64,000 bases of DNA from Bdellovibrio sp. (GTDB taxonomy: Bacteria; Bdellovibrionota; Bdellovibrionia; Bdellovibrionales; Bdellovibrionaceae): NCBI GenBank assembly GCA_036676395.1, contig JAKFCY010000002.1:1952001-2016000 (forward strand), in the 5' to 3' direction. Numbering within the stretch: position 1 is the first letter of the stretch; each line of letters starts with the position of its first letter. Below are positions 45,560-55,345 of the stretch, in pieces. A program made the translations under genes and the position numbers. The notes under the pieces were generated by a model. That model saw only the letters and a list, made by a program, of their open reading frames with translations. It had not been told where the DNA came from and did not search any database.

Positions 45560-47104
45560 CTACTTAACTGAATCAAGCCATTCGATAACCGATTGTACCG
45601 GTTGCCCTGTGGCAGAACCGGCACTGAGTGCGCCCGTTGATTTATCTGTCCAGCAGTACACATCTAAATGCGCCCATTTTTTACCGTTTGCAAATTTTTG
45701 CAAGAACAACGCCGCCGTGATGGCACCGCCGAAGCCGCCGCCTGAATTTTTAAAATCTGCAAATTGTGAATTTAAATCGCTAAAATATTTTTGAATTAAT
45801 GGCATTCTCCAGCTTGGCTCTCCTGAACGCTGCCCAGCGGCTACGATTTGATTGGCTAATTTATCATCGTTTGAAAATAAACCTGCCGTATCGCCGCCTA
45901 AAGCCACTTTGATGGCTCCGGTTAAAGTTGCAATATCAATTAAGTACTCAGGTTCATCGCTACCGGTTTTTTTAGCGGCAACATCCATCACATCAGCAAG
46001 CACAAGTCGACCTTCAGCATCGGTGTTATCAATTTCAACTAGAAAGCCTGCGCGAGACTTATAAACATCACCCGGACGCATTGAAAAACCATCTACTGAA
46101 TTTTCGGCCAACGCTAAATAAAAATCACAAGGTCTGTCATAACCCGTACTATCAGCCCAAAAAGCTAATGCAAATACCGAGGCGGCACCGCCCATGTCTT
46201 TTTTCATTAAGCGCATCGCAGCCGATGGTTTAATATCAAGTCCACCAGTATCAAAAGTAATGCCTTTACCGACAAAAGCGATTGGTTTTTTATTTTTGGC
46301 TTTAGTTTTTGGGCGATATTTAAAATGAAGCATTCTTGGAGCCGTTGCAGAACCTGCCCCCGTAGCTAAAAGTAAACCCATGCCTTCGGCTTCACATTTT
46401 TTTTCATCCCAGACAATGATTTCAGTGTTTTTAGAAAATGGTAAATCATAAGCTAATTGTTCAACTGTTGCAGGGTTTACAATATTTGGTGGTAAATTTG
46501 TTAAATGCCTTGCGATTTGCACAGCTGATACTTTACCTAACGCTGCCGTTAAATTTTCAGCTTTAATATTTAATTGAACTTTTAATGGCTCTGCTTTGAC
46601 GGCATTAATTTTTAAGTGATTAATAAAGATGTAGCTTGCAAGCTCCATCCCGACAACAGCCCCTTCAGTCACTTCAGGAGTTGCGCTTTGAAAATAGATC
46701 GAAACACTTTTTAATTTTAAAGCACGCACTTGAGTTATAACTGTGCCGAATTGATCACGCGCAAATGCATAACCTGATTCATTTAAAATTCCGCCGTGAT
46801 CTGTCGCCGTTGTTGTTGATTCAAATAAGATCCACACTGGACCATTGCGCCCGATAAAGTGAATATTTTTTTTGTCTGATTTTTTTAATTCTTCAATTTG
46901 AAAATCAAGCGCATGCGTTTCAACTAGGGCTTCAAGATTTTTCTGCTTGTTTTTTGCTTCTTTTGCGCCGAAAAAATAAATGATCGCATCACACTCAGAT
47001 AATTTGTTGAAATTAGCGACTGGACTATAGTTGATAAGCGGAGTTAGTAGAGCGCTAAACGAGTTTTTGGTTTTTGTGACGGTTTTTTTCATATATTTCT
47101 CCAA
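45560..47104 (-). CDS. pepA: Leucyl aminopeptidase (M17)
   Basis: VGKGITFDTGG, MKKDMGGAA, NTDAEGRL, ATLTGA. Confidence 0.93.
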   Translation of the reverse strand: MEKYMKKTVTKTKNSFSALLTPLINYSPVANFNKLSECDAIIYFFGAKEAKNKQKNLEALVETHALDFQIEELKKSDKKNIHFIGRNGPVWILFESTTTATDHGGILNESGYAFARDQFGTVITQVRALKLKSVSIYFQSATPEVTEGAVVGMELASYIFINHLKINAVKAEPLKVQLNIKAENLTAALGKVSAVQIARHLTNLPPNIVNPATVEQLAYDLPFSKNTEIIVWDEKKCEAEGMGLLLATGAGSATAPRMLHFKYRPKTKAKNKKPIAFVGKGITFDTGGLDIKPSAAMRLMKKDMGGAASVFALAFWADSTGYDRPCDFYLALAENSVDGFSMRPGDVYKSRAGFLVEIDNTDAEGRLVLADVMDVAAKKTGSDEPEYLIDIATLTGAIKVALGGDTAGLFSNDDKLANQIVAAGQRSGEPSWRMPLIQKYFSDLNSQFADFKNSGGGFGGAITAALFLQKFANGKKWAHLDVYCWTDKSTGALSAGSATGQPVQSVIEWLDSVK

Positions 47105-47147
47105 TACAACTACACTTTACTCACTCGTCTGTTAAAATCAATACGAG

Positions 47148-48158
47148 ATGCTTAATTCTGTGAACCTAAAATTCTGCCTGTACAACGTTGAAAACCTGTT
47201 TTTGCTCTTTGATCAGCCTGTGCCTAAGAACTTCGAAAAGATGGAAGAAGTCCAATGGCAAAAGCTTTCGACTTCGATTTACGAGAACAAGCCGCTTTTT
47301 AAATTGCAGCACCTTGCTCGCACGATTCGCGACGCAAATGCTGACATCGTTATGCTTTGCGAAGTGGGCGGCATTGAATCTTTGAAGAATTTTAACACGC
47401 TCTTCTTAAATAGCGAGTATTCTCCGATTCTGATCGAAGGCAACTCAGACCGCAATATTGATGTAGGTTACTTGATTCGTAAAAATCAGAGCTTTTATTT
47501 TGATCTTTTAACGCACAAAAACCGCGATCTTAATTTTTTATATCCTCACGAAATTCAATCTAAAGAGAAAAACTATCCCGTTAAGGTGATCAGTCATAAA
47601 CTTTCTAGAGATTGCGCTGAGCTTCGTTTATTCTCCCGCGAAATTGAAAAGCCATTTTTGATTGTTTTACTGACACATTTAAAGTCACCGTTAGACCCTG
47701 AACGCATTGATCCAAACGGAACAGAGCGACGCAGCGCTGAGCTAAAAACCTGCTTAGAAATCTACACCGAGCTTGCAAAACAGTTCAGCGACTGCCCTAT
47801 TATTTTTGCCGGCGACTTCAATGGCCAAGCTAGTAGTGCGAATACAGATCGCGAATTTGTGCCTCTGCATCAGACAACGACGCTTAAAGATATTTTTGAG
47901 CTGGCGAATGTAAATAGCGACAATCGCTACACTTTTTATCAAGTTCGCTCTGGCTTACGCTCTGACGGCAGACAGATCGATTACTGCTTTATTGATGAGA
48001 AATTCAAACATCACCTGAACCTGGCAAGCGTTGCGGTGTGTGATTATAAAGATGAATTCGGAAGCTCAATTAAAAAGCCAGAAACATTAGAGCAAAAAAT
48101 GGCCTTGCCGTCAGATCATTACCCCATCGTATTTACTCTTGATAACATAAAAATTTAG
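47148..48158 (+). CDS. Endonuclease/exonuclease/phosphatase-family protein
   Basis: YNVENLF, LCEV, HLKS, GDFN, IDY, SDHYP. Confidence 0.88.
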   Translation: MLNSVNLKFCLYNVENLFLLFDQPVPKNFEKMEEVQWQKLSTSIYENKPLFKLQHLARTIRDANADIVMLCEVGGIESLKNFNTLFLNSEYSPILIEGNSDRNIDVGYLIRKNQSFYFDLLTHKNRDLNFLYPHEIQSKEKNYPVKVISHKLSRDCAELRLFSREIEKPFLIVLLTHLKSPLDPERIDPNGTERRSAELKTCLEIYTELAKQFSDCPIIFAGDFNGQASSANTDREFVPLHQTTTLKDIFELANVNSDNRYTFYQVRSGLRSDGRQIDYCFIDEKFKHHLNLASVAVCDYKDEFGSSIKKPETLEQKMALPSDHYPIVFTLDNIKI

Positions 48159-48173
48159 TGTCAGCATATTTTT

Positions 48174-48566
48174 ATGAGTTTGAAGAAGATACCGTTACAT
48201 GCGAATTTTCAAGTGAGCGCTTTAAGCGTTTACGTAGCAAACGAATCTCAGCCTGATAAACGCATTCATCTTTTTGCCTACAAGGTCACAATCAAAAACA
48301 CCGGAACATCACCGGCGCAGTTAGTTTCGCGTCAGTGGACGATCACTGATGGCTTAGGCCATTCAGAAGAAGTTCGCGGACCAGGTGTTGTTGGACTTCA
48401 ACCTCGTATCATGCCAAACCAAGTTTTCGAATACGAAAGCGCATGCCCTCTGTCTACAAGTTCAGGCAGCATGAAAGGCACTTATCAGTTCATGTCTGAT
48501 GAGGGTGAGCCTTTTAACGTAGAGATTCCTGAATTCTACCTGATCGCGCCGCAGGCCGTACACTAA
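48174..48566 (+). CDS. apaG: ApaG
   Basis: FAY..TI.N, QLVSRQW.ITD, VRGPGVVG.QP, GSMKG.Y. Confidence 0.95.
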   Translation: MSLKKIPLHANFQVSALSVYVANESQPDKRIHLFAYKVTIKNTGTSPAQLVSRQWTITDGLGHSEEVRGPGVVGLQPRIMPNQVFEYESACPLSTSSGSMKGTYQFMSDEGEPFNVEIPEFYLIAPQAVH

Positions 48567-48585
48567 TCCCTCCGCAAGCAGTTCG

Positions 48586-48945
48586 TTAATCCAAACTGTT
48601 ACGCAACCCCATTAATGCCAAGTTGCGTTTTAAGACAGACTTCCCACATGCGCCTACCAATAAATGAAATCTTCGTCTTTCTTTAATAGTTAAATTAAAT
48701 TCGCGTGTTATTTTTTCGGCTTTTGCCCGCGACAACCCGCGCTGGTTTTGCAACACCTGACTCAAATGAACATAGTTCATTCCAATATCAAATGCGAACT
48801 TTCGAATGGAATAATTGAGATCTTTGTATCGTCGTAATCGATATTCTTGCAAGATCACTTCAATCACCTTTTGACGCAGTTCTGGTTTAAATTCCTTTAG
48901 TTTAGCTATTTCTCTTCTTCGCTTCATCAATTCTCCCGAAAGCAA
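48586..48945 (-). CDS. Small XRE-like HTH protein resembling the N-terminus of the TIGR02147 family
   Basis: EY..RR....NYSIRKFA.D.G.....LSQVL...RGLS...A.KI...F.L...E...F; start may be ATG 48927. Confidence 0.65.
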   Translation of the reverse strand: MLSGELMKRRREIAKLKEFKPELRQKVIEVILQEYRLRRYKDLNYSIRKFAFDIGMNYVHLSQVLQNQRGLSRAKAEKITREFNLTIKERRRFHLLVGACGKSVLKRNLALMGLRNSLD

Positions 48946-49019
48946 ATCTGCGACCTTTCCTAAATGGATTTAAATGCTTAACAAAATCGAATATCGGAAA
49001 ACATTAATTAAAGAGGCTT

Positions 49020-49075
49020 TTTCTATGCTCTGTAGTTTAGCAAGCACTTGTTAGCTAAACTACAGAGCATAGAAA
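49020..49075. repeat. Perfect 22-bp inverted repeat with 12-nt loop
   Basis: TTTCTATGCTCTGTAGTTTAGC-AAGCACTTGTTA-GCTAAACTACAGAGCATAGAAA. Confidence 0.9.
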
Positions 49076-49108
49076 TAAGGTAAAAGCTGCGATTTTGACG
49101 TTTAACAA

Positions 49109-49687
49109 TTATGAGCGTGATTTAGCGAAGTTTACGATTTCGTTGGCTGTTTTCAGCATGAGCTCGAAGTCCATTTTTGGCTGATCTGCCAAACCTTGCT
49201 CTGGCAAGAACGGCACATGTACAAAGATGGATTGAATTAATGGGTTATTCTTTAAGACTTTGAAGTACAGATTGTTACAAACAAAAGCGCCGGCAGAAAA
49301 TGAGATTTCAGCTCTTAAGCGGCGATCGGCTAAAAATGCGGCTAAGTCATCGACTTGAAAAGTTGACATGAGCGCAAGCTCGCCGTCAGCGATGCGGCCT
49401 GTTTGGGGAACAAATTTTGATTCGTCGGCTGACTTTGTTTGATTCCAGTTGAGTGCGATTTTCTCTAAACACACATTCGGACGGCCACCCGCTTGGCCGA
49501 ACATGATCACGAATTTTGGCAGATGCATTTCGATTTGTTTTTGTAATTCTACATAGGCGCGATCGAACTCTACAGGCAAAACTACTGACTTTAAGTCTTG
49601 ATGGTTTACTTTAAGTTTTTCTACCAAGAGCTCGCTGGGGTTAGTTTTTTCATTTAAGAATGGCTTAAACCCTGAAACTAAGATCAT
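49109..49687 (-). CDS. pcp: Pyroglutamyl-peptidase I
   Basis: SGFKPF...NPS, LPVEF, LEK, SAGAFVCN, FVHVP; ATGA overlap with pdxH. Confidence 0.92.
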   Translation of the reverse strand: MILVSGFKPFLNEKTNPSELLVEKLKVNHQDLKSVVLPVEFDRAYVELQKQIEMHLPKFVIMFGQAGGRPNVCLEKIALNWNQTKSADESKFVPQTGRIADGELALMSTFQVDDLAAFLADRRLRAEISFSAGAFVCNNLYFKVLKNNPLIQSIFVHVPFLPEQGLADQPKMDFELMLKTANEIVNFAKSRS

Positions 49688-50304
49688 GGAAACCTTAGTG
49701 ATGTTTTCCATTGATAGTCAGTAAGGGCCGTTACTTTATCTAAGGCATTTGTCGCCGTATATACGTAGCGTTCATGCAGCCTGCCGTTACGGCCAAACCA
49801 GAATTCGATCTCGCGTGGCAAGATGCGATAGCCACCCCAATGCGGAGGGCGCGGAACTTTTTGGCCTTCGTATTTTTTTTCAACTTCAGCCATACGTTGA
49901 TGAAACTGATCAAAACTTTGCAGCTCAGAAGATTGCAATGAGGCCCAGGCCCCTAACTGATTTAAACGAGCTCGAGTTGCAAAATATTGATCAGATTCAC
50001 TGTCTGTTAACTTTTGGGCTATGCCCGAGATACGCACTTGTTCATCGACATGTGGCCAGTAGAAGTTAGCGCAAATATTTGGGTTAAGATCTAGATCATG
50101 GCCTTTGCGGCCACTGTAATTGGTGTAAAAAGAAAACCCTCCGCGAATCAGACCTTTAAAGTACACGATTCGAACAGAGGGTTCATTTTTTTCGTTCACC
50201 GTCGCGATAGACATCGTCTGGTGCTCGGGGATTCCTTTGATCTGAGCTGCCTTTAATAGGCTTTGAAAATTCAAAAAAGGATCTTTCTTAAAATCAAAGC
50301 TCAT
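49684..50304 (-). CDS. pdxH: Pyridoxine/pyridoxamine 5'-phosphate oxidase
   Basis: FYTNY..RKG, QVRI.G, GAWAS.QS, PRP.HWGG, EFW..R..RLH.R. Confidence 0.95.
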   Translation of the reverse strand: MSFDFKKDPFLNFQSLLKAAQIKGIPEHQTMSIATVNEKNEPSVRIVYFKGLIRGGFSFYTNYSGRKGHDLDLNPNICANFYWPHVDEQVRISGIAQKLTDSESDQYFATRARLNQLGAWASLQSSELQSFDQFHQRMAEVEKKYEGQKVPRPPHWGGYRILPREIEFWFGRNGRLHERYVYTATNALDKVTALTDYQWKTSLRFP

Positions 50305-50335
50305 ATGGGCAACCCTTTCAAAGAAAAAAGTATAA

Positions 50336-51046
50336 CTACTTTTTACCTTTTTTTGCTGGAGCAGCTGGAGCCGCGCCGGCTTTAACGATATCTAATAATT
50401 CAACTTCGAATACTAAAGCTGAATTTGGTGGAATACCTGGGCGACCAGATGCACCGTAGGCTAATTCAGCAGGGATGAAAAGTTTGTACTTAGAACCAAC
50501 TTTCATCATTTGTAATGCTTCAGTCCAACCTGGGATAACACCGCCAACTGGAAATTCAGCTGGTTGACCACGATCGTATGAAGAATCAAATTGTTCGCCA
50601 GTAGTTAATGTACCTTTGTAGTGACATTTAACAGTGTCGTTTTTAGTAGGAGTTGGGCCAGTACCTTCAGATACAACGATGTATTGTAATCCAGAAGCAG
50701 TTACTTTAACGCCTTCAGCAGTTTTATTTTTTTCTAAAAACTCTGCTGATTTACCTTTATTTTTATCGGCTTCTTCAGTTTGTTTTTTCATCGCCATTTC
50801 TTGTAACTTCATCATAGCTTTTTGGATTTCATCTTCTTTTAATTCAGATTTTCCAGCCATAGCGTCTGTTAAAGAAGCTGCTAAAGTTTTTGCATCGATT
50901 TCGATGTTTTGAGCTTTTAAATTACGGCCGATTTGCTGACCGATTGCATAGCTCGCCTGACCTTTGTCAGATTTAAGATCTGGCTTGTTACAGCCAACAA
51001 GTCCGATAACTGCCAATGTAGCAGTTACTAACATGATTTTGTTCAT
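50336..51046 (-). CDS. fkpA: FKBP-type PPIase lipoprotein (FkpA/Mip-like)
   Basis: Lipobox LVGC; SYAIG, TASGLQY, FDSSY.RG.P, VIPGWTEAL, IPPNS.LVFEVEL. Confidence 0.88.
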   Translation of the reverse strand: MNKIMLVTATLAVIGLVGCNKPDLKSDKGQASYAIGQQIGRNLKAQNIEIDAKTLAASLTDAMAGKSELKEDEIQKAMMKLQEMAMKKQTEEADKNKGKSAEFLEKNKTAEGVKVTASGLQYIVVSEGTGPTPTKNDTVKCHYKGTLTTGEQFDSSYDRGQPAEFPVGGVIPGWTEALQMMKVGSKYKLFIPAELAYGASGRPGIPPNSALVFEVELLDIVKAGAAPAAPAKKGKK

Positions 51047-51147
51047 GGTGTGTTCTCCTGTGTGTTTCGTTTTCGTTTACGTTTTTTATAATTTACGTTT
51101 ACACTAAAAAGCATGATCGAAATCCTAAACATTTTCAATCACATAAC

Positions 51148-52020
51148 ATGCTGCACATAAGTCTTTATTTTTTAGCCTTGGTTTCACTCTCGACGTCACC
51201 AAATTGGGCAAAACTTAATCAAATGTCGGCGGCGACCTTAGGTTTTTACCGGTTAGCGGGAGCTGCGCTGCTGCTGTTGGTCTATTTATTACTGACAAAG
51301 AAGCTTAAAAAAATCAAATTTGACCAAAATTTTGTCTGGGCGCTGGCTTCAGGTTTTTTCTTTTTTTTACATCTGTGGACTTACAAATTCGCCTCTAAAA
51401 ACACTCTTGTATCGAACACCATGATTTTGTTTGCGACAAATCCCGTCTGGGCCACGTTAGGCGGACAACTGTTCTTTAAAGAAAACATCAAACCCCGAGT
51501 GATTTTTTCTTATATGCTGGCCCTGATCGGCGTTTTTATGCTGGTTGCACAGAATCTGCAACTGACACCTGAAAATCATTTAGGTAATGTCTCGGCGTTA
51601 GTGTCTGCATTTTTCTATGCGCTTTATATGTTATCTAGCAAAAAAGCCCGGGCGCACATGGAAAACTTCGATTTTTCATTAGTTCTGTACTCGACGTGCG
51701 CGTCGATGTTTGTAATTGCGGTTCTTTCAACCGATTCGCCAATGACAGGCTTTGATGCGATCTCTTGGTGGTCAGTGTTAGGGTTAATTATACTACCAAC
51801 ATTTCTGGGCCATATGAGTTTTACTTATCTGGTTAAACATATGAATCTAAGCTTAATGAGCTGCGGAAAACTGATCGAACCTATCATTGCGACCATTTTT
51901 GCTTATTTCTTATTTAACGAACATCTTGGCAGCAATGCTATTTACGCCTTTATTTTGACAGGTATTTCTGTACTTATTTTATTCTGGCCAAGCCTAAATA
52001 AACGCACAAATATCTCTTAA
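51148..52020 (+). CDS. DMT/EamA-family transporter
   Basis: About 10 TMs; P.W..L...LFFKE, PT.LGH, EP..A...A..LF.E. Confidence 0.85.
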   Translation: MLHISLYFLALVSLSTSPNWAKLNQMSAATLGFYRLAGAALLLLVYLLLTKKLKKIKFDQNFVWALASGFFFFLHLWTYKFASKNTLVSNTMILFATNPVWATLGGQLFFKENIKPRVIFSYMLALIGVFMLVAQNLQLTPENHLGNVSALVSAFFYALYMLSSKKARAHMENFDFSLVLYSTCASMFVIAVLSTDSPMTGFDAISWWSVLGLIILPTFLGHMSFTYLVKHMNLSLMSCGKLIEPIIATIFAYFLFNEHLGSNAIYAFILTGISVLILFWPSLNKRTNIS

Positions 52021-53288
52021 AAATTTCCGATCAGCAAAAAGAAGAAAATAGCTACGCCCGTTGGCGCAAGAGCAGCTAAAAGCAGTTTTGCCGCATTCAG
52101 GCTGCCATTTGGAAAACGCGGCGATAAAATTGAAAACCCTGCAGGATTTGGCGCATTGGCAAGAATTGTTAATCCCCCGCCCGTGACTGCCCCTGAAACT
52201 AGGGCCCATTTTGAAGTCTCGGTTAAAGTTTCTACCTGCGAACCCAGATAAGTCAGGGCCGCATTATCAGTAATAGCTGTTAACCCGACAGAGGCAAAAA
52301 ATAAGGTTTTATCTGTGATGACTTCAAGAATTGGGGTTAACCACCACTTTTGCAATGAACCAAAAGTAATTAACCCGGCTAAGAAAAATCCCACCAAAAA
52401 AGCTTCTTTAAATTTTAAACCGTCTTGGTATTTTTTTGTTACCGTTGTTAAACCAATGAAGGCCATAAAGAAACTCATAAACACATTTTGGTAATGAGAA
52501 CTCATCACCACGAACACCATAAGTAAAACATGCAGAGTGATAACCCACCAAGGCATTGGATAATGTTCAGCCTCAAGCTGAGTAACTTGTTCTGCAATTT
52601 TTCGTTTGAAAAACACACAAAAGAAAAAAGCATTCACGAACACCGAACAAATCACCGCTTCGCCTAAATTTGTAAAAACATCTTTTAAGCCCCAACCGAA
52701 TTTTTGCGCCACGATCAGAATTGGAGGCGCGGCAAAATGCGTAAGCCCCCCGCCGATAGAGACATTCACGAAAAGTAAGGCCAGCACACCGTACAATAAT
52801 TTTTCGTCGGCTTTATTCAGCATGCGGTAAAGCAATAAGGCTAAAATTGTAATGGCCGCGGGCTCTGTAATAAATGAACCCAGCATCGGACCAAAACTTA
52901 ATAATACAAATATCTGAATGATTTTTTCATCAACCGGAACAATACGGCTTAAAACGCGAACGATCGATAATAAAAACGTTCGCGCAATTGTGACAATCGG
53001 GCGCGTCGACGCTAAGATCATAATACAAAACACAAACAGGGGTTCTGTCATATTCAGCGACTGCTGGTATTCAATAACTGGCGCCGGGCCAGCTAACACG
53101 GCCCAGGTCGATAGAAAAATGGCGGCCCAAAAACCAAAGACAACTTCAACTTCAGCCAGCAAATGAAAAAAAGATTCACCGATTGAATCTTCAGGAAACT
53201 TCTTACTGAATTTAGCAAAAATAGGCGTTAAAAAGCTGTGCACCAAAGCACCGGCTAAAAAAATGGTCGATAGAACTTCTATTGGCAT
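52017..53288 (-). CDS. Putative Na+/H+ antiporter (DUF1504-like, IT superfamily)
   Basis: HLLAEVEVVFG.W, GSFITEPAA.T, LFVNVSIGG.LT.FAAPP, TDNAALTYL, GGGLT..ANAPNPAG. Confidence 0.8.
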   Translation of the reverse strand: MPIEVLSTIFLAGALVHSFLTPIFAKFSKKFPEDSIGESFFHLLAEVEVVFGFWAAIFLSTWAVLAGPAPVIEYQQSLNMTEPLFVFCIMILASTRPIVTIARTFLLSIVRVLSRIVPVDEKIIQIFVLLSFGPMLGSFITEPAAITILALLLYRMLNKADEKLLYGVLALLFVNVSIGGGLTHFAAPPILIVAQKFGWGLKDVFTNLGEAVICSVFVNAFFFCVFFKRKIAEQVTQLEAEHYPMPWWVITLHVLLMVFVVMSSHYQNVFMSFFMAFIGLTTVTKKYQDGLKFKEAFLVGFFLAGLITFGSLQKWWLTPILEVITDKTLFFASVGLTAITDNAALTYLGSQVETLTETSKWALVSGAVTGGGLTILANAPNPAGFSILSPRFPNGSLNAAKLLLAALAPTGVAIFFFLLIGNF

Positions 53289-54073
53289 AGATTTTTGTTA
53301 ACTTCCATGTACTGATGCTGTTCTTTGATCTCGGCTGCAGAAACCGTCAGGTCATCTACACTGCAGTGATTTTCTTTGATTTCACTTTCAATGGCCATCA
53401 CTTCACGTGGAGTCATTTTTAAATTCCAGATGTATTTAATTTCTAACCAGTTACGTAAATATTCACACACATAAGCTTTTGTTGGCGGAACATATTCTAA
53501 CGGGCTTTTATCGCTTTTTTTCATGTTCTCGGGACCATTCACTGCTAACAGATGAAATTTATTTCCTAAAAAGTTGGCGTATAAGCAGCGTTTTGCTTTA
53601 TCCCAAGTGTGACCACCGGTCATGTAAGCATTTTTAAGCGCCACGACGTGATCAATTTGAATATCAGCAGCATCGCTGTAAGTTTGATTGGTGTATGGAT
53701 CAAACCACTGGCCAGAAAGCACTGTGCATTTTTCGTTTGTCGCAATATCACCGATTGAATCACGTTTTAAAACGATGCCACGTGTATTTAAGCATGATGA
53801 TTTATCAGGTCTGATCCAATCGCCGAATTGATCATCACGATCGTAATCAACGGCCGGTAGCGGAAAAGTAGAGTTTACTTTTTTAAAAGCAGCCAAGTTA
53901 ATGCGCTCGCCAGTGGCTGTCGCAAATGTAAAGTAAGAAGAGTATTTAAAGGTTTCTTGGCTTGCCTGAGTAAGCTCACTATAAGCCCAAGTTTGCGCAA
54001 TAGAAGAATCATAAGCCTGTGCAAATACTGCAAAGAACAACAATCCTGTGAATAAGAAATTTTTTAGCATCAT
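53279..54073 (-). CDS. Secreted HNH (DUF1524/GmrSD-C-like) nuclease
   Basis: Signal peptide; CLNTR..VL.RD, W.DPY, IDHVVAL, LLAV....N..K.DK.P. Confidence 0.85.
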   Translation of the reverse strand: MMLKNFLFTGLLFFAVFAQAYDSSIAQTWAYSELTQASQETFKYSSYFTFATATGERINLAAFKKVNSTFPLPAVDYDRDDQFGDWIRPDKSSCLNTRGIVLKRDSIGDIATNEKCTVLSGQWFDPYTNQTYSDAADIQIDHVVALKNAYMTGGHTWDKAKRCLYANFLGNKFHLLAVNGPENMKKSDKSPLEYVPPTKAYVCEYLRNWLEIKYIWNLKMTPREVMAIESEIKENHCSVDDLTVSAAEIKEQHQYMEVNKNLCQ

Positions 54074-54150
54074 CCTTCAACCCCTTCCTTGAAGTTTGAA
54101 ATCAACTTGGCTACATTTCATTAAATTAACACAGAGAACTCAAGAGAATA

Positions 54151-55065
54151 ATGAAAGATACTTTTAAACCTTTATTTTGTGCCTCATCTTTTTACACAGA
54201 ATATCAAGATTGCTTTAGAATCATTGATGCAGCTGTTTATGAATTGCATTGGGATAAAACTTCTGAAGTGATGCTTTGGGCAGCTTTATTATCAATGCTA
54301 AGACGCCGCACAGACTGGTTTCAGGGCATTAGTTCCACATTGCCTCAACCTACATCAGACACTTCTCCCCACTATGAGATCTACGCACTTGCGCAGAAAT
54401 TAAATATCGATTGGCCAAAAAAATTAGCGAAAGATATTTCGTTTGCCGAGTTTTTAAGAACCGTAAAAATAAAACCGCTGCCTGCAGTTGCACAAACGGC
54501 AATGTATTTTATTTTTACCAAGAAATATCCCATCACAGTTTTAGATTACGAACCAAGCCCGAAAGAACTTTTGCAGATTCAATGCGAAGGTAAAAGAATC
54601 ATTACTTTTAAAAATGACTTTGCTAAGTGGCCGACCCAAAAATTTGGCAAACGTGACCCGCTTAGCTTTTGGTTACATGACTGTATTCATGCAGAACATT
54701 TTTTTTCTCAAGCCGATAACTTCACAGCCCAGCTTGGTTTTTACAAATTCGTGGCCGATGCCTATGCCGCCCGTTGTTGGCCTGAACTTGCTGATAATCA
54801 GGGGTTTGAGGGCGATTTTTCGTACCTAATTTCTGATATGAATTCGCACCCGTTGCATCTTTTTAAGACCTTAAAGGCGATAACTGACATTCACTTTAAA
54901 GCTGAATCTGTTGGCATTTGGAACAAGGTCATAGCGACCTCTCAAGGGTCAACAGAAGAGTTGAATGCCTTGCGTAATCTCAACACCACTTATTTTGTCG
55001 ATAACGACTGCGACGCCCTGCTGCAATTAACAAAACGTCTGGGTGCACAGGGCTATCAAAGTTAG
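54151..55065 (+). CDS. Hypothetical protein with HDxxH metal-binding-like motif
   Basis: RDPLSFWLHDCIHAEHF; YLISDMNSHP. Confidence 0.65.
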   Translation: MKDTFKPLFCASSFYTEYQDCFRIIDAAVYELHWDKTSEVMLWAALLSMLRRRTDWFQGISSTLPQPTSDTSPHYEIYALAQKLNIDWPKKLAKDISFAEFLRTVKIKPLPAVAQTAMYFIFTKKYPITVLDYEPSPKELLQIQCEGKRIITFKNDFAKWPTQKFGKRDPLSFWLHDCIHAEHFFSQADNFTAQLGFYKFVADAYAARCWPELADNQGFEGDFSYLISDMNSHPLHLFKTLKAITDIHFKAESVGIWNKVIATSQGSTEELNALRNLNTTYFVDNDCDALLQLTKRLGAQGYQS

Positions 55066-55145
55066 CCCTTCGAAAGTCTAAAGCCCCTTGGTATACTCGT
55101 TAGTGTGTCGGATATGACACATTAACGATATAGAAAGGAGGCAAA

Positions 55146-55292
55146 ATGGAAATTAGCACAGCGAAAAATTCGAACGCGAAAACTGAATCTCAAAATTCAG
55201 CAAACACTACTTCGGCGAATCATTCAGCGCCTCAACAGGCGAAACCACTTGCTCTAAAAAAGCGTAAACGCAAAGCCCCTGCAGGCTGGTAG
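55146..55292 (+). CDS. Small 48-aa protein with basic tail (below ORF-track cutoff)
   Basis: AAGGAGG SD; MEISTAKNSNAKTESQNSANTTSANHSAPQQAKPLALKKRKRKAPAGW*; TGGTATACT extended -10 upstream; hairpins downstream. Confidence 0.65.
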   Translation: MEISTAKNSNAKTESQNSANTTSANHSAPQQAKPLALKKRKRKAPAGW

Positions 55293-55345
55293 CACTTCTT
55301 TGTAAGTGCTTCCGCCGGGCTTCCCGGCGTGATAGTTATTAACTC

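Noticed and set aside
51060..51105. Short AAACG repeats upstream of the FKBP gene as a CRISPR or regulatory array
   Set aside because: Irregular low-complexity 5-mers with no repeat-spacer structure
53279..54073. GmrSD restriction/defence system
   Set aside because: Has a signal peptide and no DUF262 partner; better explained as a secreted nuclease
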